Positions 13,054 through 23,743 of a DNA stretch of 64,000 nucleotides are shown here, piece after piece; position 1 is the stretch's first letter, and each line of letters opens with the position of its first letter. The notes under the pieces are model-generated. The model was not told where the DNA came from. It worked only from the letters and a program-made list of their open reading frames with translations, and did no database searches. This DNA is from Magallana gigas. Taxonomy: Eukaryota. Position numbers and translations under genes: made by a program. The stretch is from the NCBI RefSeq assembly GCF_963853765.1, contig NC_088855.1:53568001-53632000 (forward strand). The letters run 5' to 3'.

Positions 13054-13839
13054 TCAGCTCTTCGCGACTTTTGCAATGTTTTCTGGGAGATTGGCACCAT
13101 TTGAGATCACAAAGTCTTTCAATAGTTCAAGCTGCTTTGTAACATTGTCCAGTTTACCTTTTAGCTGCATGTTTTCCGATTCTAGATACTGCAGGCGATT
13201 TTCCATTTCCACCTGCTTCAGCTTAGCCTTTTCACGACATTTGCGAATTGCAAGATTATTTCTCGCTCTCTTTTCGAAATATTCACGGGTACCTTTTTCT
13301 GGCTGCCTCTTCTTTTTCACCGGTCCGCCAGCTGAGGGTTTCCTACCTGGTCGTCCCCGGGGGCGAGGGGTATAATCTACGTCCATAGGACTAGGGGGTG
13401 GGGTCACAAAGGAAGAGATATCCTGATCGGAGCTATCCGAATCCTCGTTAGATCCGGACAGGGAATTTTCCAGCTCACCGTCAGAACTCACTGACCCCGT
13501 GGAGTGAAGAGTTTCTCTGACCGACTGTAAACACGAGGAGACCTGGTCCGGATTAAGCACAAATTCCAAGTTCTCGTACCGGCTGAGCTGTGCGATCAGG
13601 GCCTGGTCAGGCACGGCCTGGGTCTGCACGGTGACCGGGGCAGCGTTTACCAGCGTGGTGAAGGCTTCGTTTCCAGACACGCTCTGGACAATGTCATTAG
13701 ATTTTATATCCAGAATGAGTTTCTCCAGCGTCTCGTCATTCACCTGTGTGGAATTGTTGAAAAGTTCTTGGATATCCACAGAATTTTCCAGCACCGGGTC
13801 CAAATCGAATGGGGTTCTTTCCATCATAATCTGTGACAT
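13054..13839 (-). CDS. C/EBP: CCAAT/enhancer-binding protein, activator (alpha/beta/delta) class, paralog A; intronless, 261 aa from the first ATG
   Basis: bZIP EYFEKRARNNLAIRKCREKAK plus leucine zipper. N-terminal ENSVDIQELFNNSTQVNDETL resembles the C/EBP-alpha activation box [26 protein letters not shown] phospho-motif. The ORF track starts at a GTG (13875); the first ATG is at 13839. Candidate polyA signal at 12301-12306. Confidence 0.93.
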   Translation of the reverse strand: MSQIMMERTPFDLDPVLENSVDIQELFNNSTQVNDETLEKLILDIKSNDIVQSVSGNEAFTTLVNAAPVTVQTQAVPDQALIAQLSRYENLEFVLNPDQVSSCLQSVRETLHSTGSVSSDGELENSLSGSNEDSDSSDQDISSFVTPPPSPMDVDYTPRPRGRPGRKPSAGGPVKKKRQPEKGTREYFEKRARNNLAIRKCREKAKLKQVEMENRLQYLESENMQLKGKLDNVTKQLELLKDFVISNGANLPENIAKVAKS

Positions 13840-13874
13840 GCAGTAATGTATTGGAGCGGCCGCTGCTAATACCA

Positions 13875-13883
13875 CTAGGCCAT
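13875..13883 (-). other. Two-codon out-of-frame uORF (ATG GCC TAG) in the 5' leader of C/EBP paralog A
   Basis: The only ATG between the predicted TSS (about 13950) and the main ATG. It lies 44 nt upstream of the main ATG and is out of frame. Confidence 0.6.
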
Positions 13884-13977
13884 CCGGGAGGCTCGGCTAT
13901 GCGGCTTGAGAGAGTTTGCTCGATGTATTCGCTACGACGGTAATCCAAGGATTGCGGTTTTCCTGGCCGGCCTTTAA

Positions 13978-14172
13978 ATTTATATTGACTAGCGCTCAGG
14001 TAAACCCCAAGATAGGGTATTACTAATGCAACATGTGACGCTTAGCGTTGCTACACCAGTGACGTCACTTTATTTTGAAATGTTCGGTCTACTGTAGCAA
14101 AACAAATAACCACCTTGAAGAATAAAAGTAGGTTATGTATATTAGAAGTGTAAAAATAGCTTGATGACGTCA
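13978..14172 (-). promoter_or_regulatory. Promoter of C/EBP paralog A: TATA box, two full CREs and a half CRE
   Basis: TATAAAT on the minus strand at 13978-13984; TGACG at 14036-14040; palindrome AGTGACGTCACT at 14058-14069; TGACGTCA at 14165-14172. Confidence 0.75.
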
Positions 14173-15833
14173 GAAGTTCTATTTTAAGCATATATACATA
14201 CTGCCAAAATATTTAAACACCACTATAGTAATTGTATATACATGTATATATTTATATAGATAATTTTTTTCCTTTCTCATATTTCTTTAACGTCCCCCTT
14301 TCAATCTACCGATACTTGAATAGCAAAAGATTTGTTTATAGGCCTTAGAACAACCCGGGCAAACTGAAGTACCGGTACGTCGCAAAATCAAGCTACGGGT
14401 ATTGAGACAATAATACTACGCACTATGTGTTCTGACTGTCTAGATGGACCAGTGGAGTTGTTAAATCCATAAGGAAATGATATTTGTGTGTAAATTTAAC
14501 CCACTAGATATAGTTGATATCTCCTATAAGAATATCAGGGTCCGGTTTTTCAAGTCAATTCTATTCGTTTATTCGCCTAAAACCATATAAATGGGACAAG
14601 AGGTACAGTAATGGTACATAAACATATTTACATATATACAAACAGTCTGGATGAGCAGAACTGGATAATTTTGCTTGCAGAAAACAGACGATCACATAAA
14701 AAGTTAGCTATGAAAATACAAAGATTTTATAAATGCAGAGTTGGTATTTGACAATAAATTACAGAACTTATAACATTTATTTCTAATTTAGAGCCAAGAG
14801 CAGAGTATGAAATATGAAATTATTACAGTAATAAGAAATAGATAAGTCAATGCATAGTATAACAATTAATAATTGACATTGCTCATTCCAACAATGTTCT
14901 TGTACTATTTCAGTTAATTAAAAGGAATACAATCTGAAAAAGTGTATGACAACTATAACATGTTATCATTTTTATATTTATGTGTAAATGTTTCTAATCA
15001 AATCAACAATTTATTCTCAACTTATGGTACATTTTCAATCTTGATTGATTGTCGCTCGAGATCGTGAACTGTTGATACATGTACGTTGCTTTATATATAT
15101 TTATATACAAGCATTTTATATGTACTTTTTGCCTGGAGTCTCTGGTGTGAAAACTCTAGACAAACAATAGTGTTCTTTATTGTAGTCCCCATCTACTTTA
15201 ACTTATCCACTTATGTTACTTATGAATACCACAAATAAACGGATTATCGCATTAATCTTATTGTATCGGCTGGGAAATCCCGAATGAACAGAGAATCACG
15301 GGATATTGTGAAGTCATTATTCAGAACGGGTCATAAACTAGAACACCTTTCATGCCCGGGAATGCTGTAGATTGCCATGACAACAGGTAAATAATGAGTA
15401 AACAAATCAATGCCGACGACACGCAGCATCCGATCATATGTACTCCTGTGTTCTAATATACATCCGCCAGGGTCAGGGAAAAATCGTTATCCGGGATCTG
15501 CAGCTCCCGTAAATTTGGTTCCATTATTATCTGTGTAATGTCCTTGTAGCTAGTTTTGTGAAAAAAATCTCAAATTTCACCAACTAATTCCTGGCGTATT
15601 TAGACGTCCTGAAATATTTAAAAGGAAACTGTTAATGTTGCGGAGATCAGAAATGAGGCTTTGTTTTGGGCGTTTGCAGACATTGCAAACAACGTCGCAC
15701 GAGTGATCTCTCTTGAACGACAATCTCAAAAAATTTAGGTTTATTATGTATCGCTGTACTTGCATGTCATATTTAACTTACTGAATTCGAAGAAAAATTG
15801 CAATAGAATTTGTTCACAAATTACAAGCATGTA

Positions 15834-15993
15834 CATGCACGGATCCAGAAATTTTTTCCACGGGGGTCCTAAGGATATTTGAGTTTTCAATTGGGTGGGG
15901 GGGGGGGGAGGGGGGTATATTTTTGGTAATTTTACCAACGTTTGTAAATTTATAAAAATTGAATTTGCCATGCCCCTCTTCTAGATCCGCGCA
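15834..15993. mobile_element. Short non-autonomous element with gcacggatc...gatccgcgc termini and a poly-G tract
   Basis: Inverted termini catgcacggatcc / gatccgcgca. Related fragments occur near 34720, 37985 and 45568. Confidence 0.6.
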
Positions 15994-17066
15994 GGAAGTG
16001 ATCACAAAACGATTTAACGCCCTCACATTTAACAATTGCTAATTGTTAAACATTAAAAAAAATGTCACCCCCCCCCCCATAAAAAAATCAAATAACACTC
16101 GCTGACCAAATTTTGTTAAATCTAGAATAATTATATTGCTTTTTTTTCTAATTTGTATATTGAAAACTTTCATACGTTATCGTTATGTCGGCGCGCGATA
16201 TTCATTTTTATAAAATTGATAAACAGCAAATGATTGCACGCGTGACAGCTACATGTACGGTTTCAAAGGATGGGGAGTGACGGACTTCCTTTGAAAATTA
16301 GCCCCCTCCCTAGGAGGAGCAAATAAATAACCCCCTTTTATGGTTAAGTACGAGCTACTTTTATGGTGGACTTGTTAATTGCTCCAACTGATTTTTCAGT
16401 CTTAATCAAAATTTCCGAATGCTTTATCTGTCTTCGATACATAAAATAGAGGTCACGCCCCATCTGAATAAACGTTTATCTTTTACTCTCATTTTGCGAT
16501 TGTTTTACGGATAATTATAGTGGTTTTTCATGTTTGTTTGTTTACTTGCATGTGTTAGTTCATCATCAAAAATCAAGATTTTAAGAAATTAATCATTTTG
16601 CTCATTGATATTCCGGATTTGAAAAGACATCAAGCAAGAGGGAGTGCCAATGATCTAATATTATTCATTGTAAAAGGGGGATGACAGTCATTGCTTGATC
16701 AACCTGAATAACACTTGTGCATTCCATCGCCAATGGAAAAACCTAGTGAGTGTCACACACGTGTTTCCATTAGAGACAGTGACTTTATAGTTAAAGATTA
16801 TTGTAAAATAAAATAAGACGAGAGTAAATGTTAATATTTCATTTTTAATGATACATTTAAGTAAAAAAGTTAATAAGTATTTAAAAATACAACAACAATA
16901 ACTTGTTACTTCAACAGCATTGTCGCCGTTCAGTTCTGTGTTTGTACAATTTTTACAAGTAAAAAAGATCAAGTTTATACTATCTACATGGTAAACAGTG
17001 TCACTATATACAGGAAAACCCGAACAGACATCGGGCCTTATCACTCGTCTATTGCTTGATCGTGTG

Positions 17067-17999
17067 TCACCTGGACATGATTTCGTCGAACTTTGTGGGT
17101 AAGGAGGCTCCAACATTGATGAATAAACTTTTGAGCACATTAAGTTCTTTTGTTAGTAAGTCTAATTTCTTTTGTAAGTTTTCGTTTTCTGTTGACAATT
17201 CGTGCACTCTTTGTTCGGTCTCTTGCTGCTTTTTCTTCGCCTTGTCCCGGCTTTTTCTCACTGCGAGATTGTTCCTCACTCGCTTGTCTACATATTCTTC
17301 AGTGCCCTTGGGTGGCTGTTTCTTTCGGTTTGGTCTGAGGGGTCCGGCGGCGGATGGCTTCCTACCAGGACGGCCACGAACTATTTCAAAAGGTGAGGTG
17401 GGAGGGGTGAGAGTCGATGATGTGACGTCGTGCTCCGATTGAGAGGGAGAGTTCACGATACTCTCGATGTCACACGTGCTGTATTCCTCCCCCTCACTGG
17501 CCGACCAGCCGGCCTCCGATATCTTTGATGTTTGCTCTTGGTTTGTCATAAAGTCAAATTCTTTGAATGTAGGCAACACACTGTCTTGTGCAGGTTGCAG
17601 TTCAATAAATGGGACACCCGTAACTGGGTCAGCGGTCTTCTCCCCCAAAATGATGTTCACTAAAGTGGCGTCGTTTACTTGTGTGCTATTGTTCAGTAGT
17701 TGTCGAATGTCGACTGAATTCTCTAAGAGCGGGTCCAAATCAAACTGGCCCTGACTATCTTGCAGAATAGTTGAAACTTTCTTACTTTGCTCAGAATCGT
17801 AGAGTACCGATTCCATCAAATTTTCTTGTGGACATGGTGAACCAGGGAAAATGTTTTCGTCAAATGAAAATACTGGGAAATCCAGCGCCTCAGATTGAGT
17901 GTTCACACCCAAAACAGACTCGAGAGTCTGTAAAACGTTTACACGCGAATCTTGAAGATTGCGGTTGTTTCGTTGGTTCACACCGGAGTTGTTAGACAT
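17067..17999 (-). CDS. C/EBP: CCAAT/enhancer-binding protein, activator class, paralog B; intronless, 310 aa
   Basis: Canonical basic region EYVDKRVRNNLAVRKSRDKAK plus zipper. Shares FDLDPxLENSVDIxxLxNNSTQVNDxTL, TPPxSP and RGRPGRKPSA blocks with paralog A. The true start may be M1 (17999) or M62 (17816). Confidence 0.93.
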   Translation of the reverse strand: MSNNSGVNQRNNRNLQDSRVNVLQTLESVLGVNTQSEALDFPVFSFDENIFPGSPCPQENLMESVLYDSEQSKKVSTILQDSQGQFDLDPLLENSVDIRQLLNNSTQVNDATLVNIILGEKTADPVTGVPFIELQPAQDSVLPTFKEFDFMTNQEQTSKISEAGWSASEGEEYSTCDIESIVNSPSQSEHDVTSSTLTPPTSPFEIVRGRPGRKPSAAGPLRPNRKKQPPKGTEEYVDKRVRNNLAVRKSRDKAKKKQQETEQRVHELSTENENLQKKLDLLTKELNVLKSLFINVGASLPTKFDEIMSR

Positions 18000-18028
18000 G
18001 CCAATGACGAAACATCGTTGGCTCAGGG

Positions 18029-18626
18029 TATATATAGAATTTGTCCGAAGGAGAGGTGGATTAATACGCGAAAGTGTTTCGTTCCTTTTTTAATAAATAA
18101 TGCATTACCTCGATATGAAACCCTTTTAAAGTTAAGAAAGTGTTACTTGAAACTAAAGTTTTATTATTAAAAAGTGGTGGCAACAATTATGTACTCTATA
18201 TTAATTAGCAATGAAGGAACTATTTTTATCTCGTATTAACTTTTTGAAACGCGATTCGGATTGTGTTAGAATATGATGTAAGGAGAAACATATCTGATTG
18301 GTTCTTAGAATAGAGATTACCATGCTCTTCTGACGTCAATTGAAATGGAAAACTCCCAAATTAATCTCGTGTGTTACTGTAAATTCGAGAAGTGTTTCGA
18401 ACAAAAGGATTTCCTAAGCTACACTGGTTCTCCTCTCCGTTCGGAAGTTATTGATAAGCTGTACTTATAATCATATATGACCATTGCAGACTTCTTATGA
18501 CTGATAGATAATTCACCCCCTTATATCTACTTATATTGTGTATGTGTTGTCAGAGATCAGCACTTTAGGCTTGTCGTACAATGTCTGTATGTATAAACAT
18601 ACTTGTATTTATAGTAATTTACGCAA
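18029..18626 (-). promoter_or_regulatory. Promoter of C/EBP paralog B: TATA, CARE-like site, CCAAT, CRE and C/EBP site
   Basis: TATATATA at 18029-18036; TGATGTAAG at 18274-18282; ATTGG at 18297-18301; TGACGTCA at 18331-18338; TTACGCAA at 18619-18626. Confidence 0.6.
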
Positions 18627-19490
18627 CAATATTTCGATATAGAAAAACACCCGCACTTTTAAGTCTAAACTACAGTAATACATGCATTATTAGTCGAGTT
18701 TAATACAAATATACGTATGTTCTAAAATATATCTCTTTATTTTAGTGTAAAATCGTTAAATAATCAGTACTCTGTATTATAGACAAGTATATTCTTAGTT
18801 GGAAACCCTTAAATTCAATCAATCATACTGATTTAAATGCAAAACTCCAAATAGCGTAGCATTTCCTATTTAAAAAGTTCATTAAAAGTAGGCATTATTG
18901 ACAATTTTCTTCAAAATATATCTCAGGTACATGGGTACCCTTTAAAGAGATGAGAGATATCAATATATTCATTGTTTATCAATCGTCATATAAAATTATA
19001 AAAGTTCAATATGAGAGATTTTTCTCCATGGTCGATCATACGAATGTTTTCTAGTACGAGTAAATGAATGTGAACTAGCCTGGTTCCCTGACTTCATGAC
19101 TAAATAAAGAAAGAAAACCAGGCAATGACAAGAACCAGTATTGGAAATTCCAAAAATCTAACGATCCATTCTTTCGCCAGAGGTCGCGCAAGCTTCGCTG
19201 TAACAGCAATCGGTAATCATCGGTTGTTTCCGTATATCGTACTCGGTACATCTCGGTCGATTGTTTGATGTCACTAGCGGAATCTATCGAGGCTTCCCGA
19301 ATGGGAACCGGAAACAACCGTGGATCGTCGATTAATGAATGTAATTTGTTTATATTTAAAAAAAAAGAAAAAGTATGAATATATTTACAATGTTCATGAA
19401 ATAAGTGTGTTGAAATAATTTACATAATTTGACCGGTTGCAGCAGTCTGCACTGAATACAGGAAGTGAGAATCGATTGGTGAAGCAGTTT

Positions 19491-19932
19491 ATTGCATCAC
19501 AGATTAAATTGCATGGAAGGCCATTAGTATACAGTGTACATTTGGAAGGATATTCTGTTCAAAATCCCGAGTGAATGTCAGGTGAGTGCATGGTATATAA
19601 TATAATACCCAGTCATTAATGAAACAAGTTATAATATTTTGATTTTGACGAGTTATTCGTGTTACTTTTGGTTTGTTGATATTGACAATTCTACTTCCGG
19701 TTTTTGATTTTGCAATCAAATATTCAATTGTTCTTTACAAAATTGCTTCACTGCTCGTTTCTTCTAAATTTAATTAATACAAATAACTATTATCAATAGT
19801 TTTGTTAAACAATTAATATCTTTGAGACTACATCTTGCTCAAACCTGAGGGTTGAAATCTTATTGCATCAGGTTCTAAATCAAGAGAAAGGGAGAACACT
19901 CCGATATTACTATCTTTAGTTCATGATGCAAT
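19491..19932. promoter_or_regulatory. Three perfect C/EBP-ATF response elements (TGATGCAAT) at the 5' end of C/EBP-gamma
   Basis: attgcatca at 19491-19499 and 19862-19870; tgatgcaat at 19924-19932; one-mismatch attgcttca at 19742-19750. Confidence 0.75.
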
Positions 19933-19955
19933 ATCTTTTTGTTTCAGATAAAAAG

Positions 19956-20333
19956 ATGGCACCAAAGCGTCCTGATTATGAGGGTTCAGATGGAGAGTCA
20001 TATGGTAAACCATCGAAACGTTCAAGAATGATGGAGAAAGACACAGATGAATATCTCAAAAGGAGAGAAAGAAATAACATTGCTGTTAAAAAGAGCAGGG
20101 AGCGTTCAAGACAAAAAGCCAAGGAAACAATCGAGCAAGTTAATAGGTTGAGGGCAGAAAATGAAATGTTGGAACAGAAGGTTGAAATTCTTTCAAAAGA
20201 ACTTAGTGTTTTAAAGGACTTATTTTTGGCTCATGCCGGCAATGTTGCCCAGTCAGAGCGTGCCATAGAAGCAACAGAATCAAGAGCTCCTATTCCCGAT
20301 CATCAGTACAGCTCATCAAAACAAAAACAGTGA
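19956..20333 (+). CDS. CEBPG: C/EBP-gamma (short bZIP without an activation domain), 125 aa; possibly 130 aa from a spliced upstream ATG
   Basis: DEYLKRRERNNIAVKKSRERSRQK...LRAENEMLEQKVEILSKELSVLKDLFLAHA. Acceptor tttgtttcag ends at 19947 and donor CAG|GTGAGT starts the intron at 19582. An ATG at 19575 splices in frame (MSDKKM). The ORF-track start at 19923 is intronic. AATAAA at 20490 and 20634. Confidence 0.93.
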   Translation: MAPKRPDYEGSDGESYGKPSKRSRMMEKDTDEYLKRRERNNIAVKKSRERSRQKAKETIEQVNRLRAENEMLEQKVEILSKELSVLKDLFLAHAGNVAQSERAIEATESRAPIPDHQYSSSKQKQ

Positions 20334-20990
20334 CTCTCATTTTCAGTGGGTACAAATATCATTAGTGCTGTGACCCTTGTTGTTAGAGATATTTCAGCAA
20401 AAAATCATATTCTGTACAATACACAGTCTCACAGTGCTTCAGTTTCATACATTTTAGTTTCATTCAAACGAATGAGGATTGTGTTATTGAATAAATTTCT
20501 ATGTCTTTACAGTTTGTCTTTAAAAAAAATTCAGTTTATATACTGAGTATTTAAATGAAGTGCATTTTAGATTTTGGACATTATCATCTCCGCTGTCTCT
20601 GAGTAAATTGTGGATACAGAAACTGATAGTGGCAATAAATATTTAGGGGTAGGTTGAAAAGACCAACTCCTCTATTTTAAAATCCCCATTAGAAATATAT
20701 TGAATTCACTCATTTAGCCTTTGTTGATGAGGTGCTGTCTAAGAGAGTTAAGTAAAAGTTCCAGATTTAAAAAAAATTTATACCAGAAATTTATTTCACA
20801 TATTACATGTACCTTTAATTTCAATGTTACAAAAAAACTTTGCCTGGTATCAATTTTTAATTAACAAAAAAAAGAGAAAATGTCAAAGTTATGGGTACAA
20901 TCTTGATTTTATAAATTTGTTGAAACTCTTAAAAGTAGTGTTTTAGACTTTTTCAGAATAAAAAATTATATAACTCTGACATCAGCATTA

Positions 20991-21210
20991 CTGTAAATTC
21001 CTTATTTTATGCGAGTACTTAATTCCACGATTCCACTGTTTTGCATCAATTTGTGATAATATATAAAATTGTGAGCACCAATTTTTTATAATGATTTCAT
21101 ATAGCCCAAAACTGTCCGAAAAATAAGAGCAACATTTTAAAATTCATGAGGACTGCTTCTCAGGATTTTGTGCGGAAATTAATTCCTCACATTTAATAAG
21201 GAATGTACAG
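20991..21210. mobile_element. Tc1/mariner-type MITE, 220 bp, TA target-site duplication
   Basis: TA|ctgtaaattccttatt ... aataaggaatgtacag|TA. A second diverged copy lies at 48910-49086. Confidence 0.8.
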
Positions 21211-23743
21211 TAAACAATGATAGTACATGCATAATTAAAGCAGAAACATGTAGTGCCATAAGAAGAAAAAATAGAGTCCAAACAAGAATTTTACAAAGTC
21301 TGCTATGACTGTACATTTTCTTTAGAGCATGATCCAAATCTGTAAGTGTAGTACATGGACAAAAGATGGATAGTACACTGTATATGGTTCAGACAAACGT
21401 TTTGCAAAGTGGTGTGATATGACTTTAACCTCTTGCCTTGAAACTTTGTTCAAGGTCACTGCACAAAGTTACAACCCAAAGGCACTTGATGGATGAAGTA
21501 TGAGCTAGTTGGGCTAAGGGGAGAGAATGTACAATACAGGCAAATGATGATGCATGAATAGAAAGATTCACAACATATAAGCATTTGATATAACGGTAGT
21601 CATGATGACTGTATTTCAATAAAATATTTTAAAATATTTACATTTGCAAACACGCTTCCTTATATGAACCTATAGAATAGCAAAAATGTTCAATTCTGCA
21701 TGAACGTTTTTGTGACGTTACAATGATAACGCATATATGCTTATTGCAATATTGTAAACATAAAAACACTGAACATTATATTATTGATTCTAAACAGTTT
21801 GCCAATATCAAACGTAAATATAAGTAATAAACAGCAATGTTAAAAAGTTTGCAGGGATATGAACTTGGTTGGTACATGATGAAATCTTTACTTTTTAAAT
21901 TTTTAAATATATTTCTTAATTGCACTAAATAATGGTTTTTAGTTAATGTACAAAACAAATCATAATAGTATCATATTATAAATGGCAAATTAGCTGTGAA
22001 ATTAGTTTACTCTCACTGTTGAAGAATTCCCTTAGAACTGACATCTAGGGCAAGATAAGGGTTTTGGACAATCCTACCCTCAGTACACAGCTCTTTACAT
22101 TCCACCCTGGTGCATATTAATGCTCGGGTTCAAATGTAAAAGTCAAAGAATTATGTCACATGGAGACCTTGGAGTAATACAAAACACCCATGGACTACGT
22201 CACTCACCTGAGTAACAGATCTTAAAAGAATTATGTTATCCTTTTCAAATTTTTTTTCATTACCGGTAAATTTCTGAACTCAGAAAGGTGAGCCAGAGGG
22301 GAACACAGAGTTTTTAACAAATCATGAAATGGAGCTACACTATATACTGTATGTATTTGGGTATAAGAAATATCACAAGTTTTGTGGCAGACTTGAGCCT
22401 AAACATTGTTACATTTATATTCGTACACATAATTTGGCATTCATTTGGAACCCCATTATGCCCTGTGGCCAGTGGTCTAGCATCGTAACCTCGGGAGATT
22501 TTTCTCAGTATATTCTTAAGTTGAACTTTGCCCCCTCCTCCTATAATAATAGTGGACGGGGTGGTCATAAATAATACAAATACATGTACAGTACACAAAT
22601 TGCTTTCATCATAATTTCACAATTTGAAGTTCTCTATGATTTCCCTTTTATACATTTCTATAGTGATATTTTTGCATCCCTCCTTGAGGAAAACTAGACC
22701 ACAGACGCCTGACATCAAACATTTTTTTTTCAATAATAAAATTATTCCCTGTGCTACTACTATTATAATATTATTATCATTAAAGTAGAGGGGATAATTT
22801 TCTTATTAAATGAAATATTTTTAATTAAATATTATAACCTGTGCTTTAGACAAAGGTTTAACAAGTTGGAATTACAGCACAATATCATAGTAAACCTCTG
22901 TTAGGCTGTCTAAAAATTAATTATATGTTTAACATAATCCACGTACATAGGTTTAAGAGAAATTGACGATTAAAATAAACAAACCCCAATTTCAATTTAA
23001 TTTTTTCCAGTTTGGTGTTACTTTTTGCAACTACCGTAAAATCTGTAGATTCTGCAATAGGACATGTTAAGGGCACATGGATTATACAGCCTTTAATATA
23101 AACAGGAGAGATGATGAAACAGCTACTCTATATGTAGCTTGAATATTCAATTTATTTGTATTAATAGAAATGAATAAAAAACCACTTGATTGAAAATTAT
23201 GTTTAAATTTTATTACCTTACCTTGTACGTTTGGTATTTTCAATGATGACATTATAGATTAAATGTAGAATCAACTTTGGACAGCCTTATAAATTATGGC
23301 ATTTCTGGTGCTGTTATAAAAGGGAAGATTTTTAAGACACCACATTATTTTTCCATTTTCTTATTATCTCCTAAAAGGATGGGTATTTTAATAATTTGGA
23401 ATCTCTATAACCTTTGGATGATTTATTTTCAAGTTTGGTTGAAATTGACACATAGGTTCTAGAGAATAAATATACAATGCAAGTTTACAGACAAAAGCCT
23501 GTAAACAGAAAAGCTTACAGCTCATGAAGGCTTTACCACATTATTTATTAATTTTCTTTCTATGCTTTCTAAATTTTAACATTGTTAAAATAAAAGTTTG
23601 ATCATTTTTACTCCTGATCTGGCCACTGTGATATTGACAGACTACAAGTAGCACTATTTTCTATTAAATAGAAATGAGAATGTACTGGTAAAATAAAATA
23701 CAAAGACTAATATTGAAAAGCACATTTATTTCAATGAACAGTA

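Noticed and set aside
13034-13375. Plus-strand ORFs 13034-13375, 17056-17442 and 17467-17754
   Set aside because: Antisense shadows of the C/EBP coding sequences with no independent protein features.
16688-17140. 150-aa minus-strand ORF overlapping the end of paralog B
   Set aside because: It runs out of frame into the AT-rich 3' UTR with low-complexity I/F/L/T composition, no domain and no slippery site seen.
19075-19320. 80-aa ORF and 12-bp inverted repeat (cggttgtttccg / cggaaacaaccg) between paralog B and gamma
   Set aside because: The start is not ATG and there is no recognisable domain; it looks like a repeat remnant that I cannot classify.
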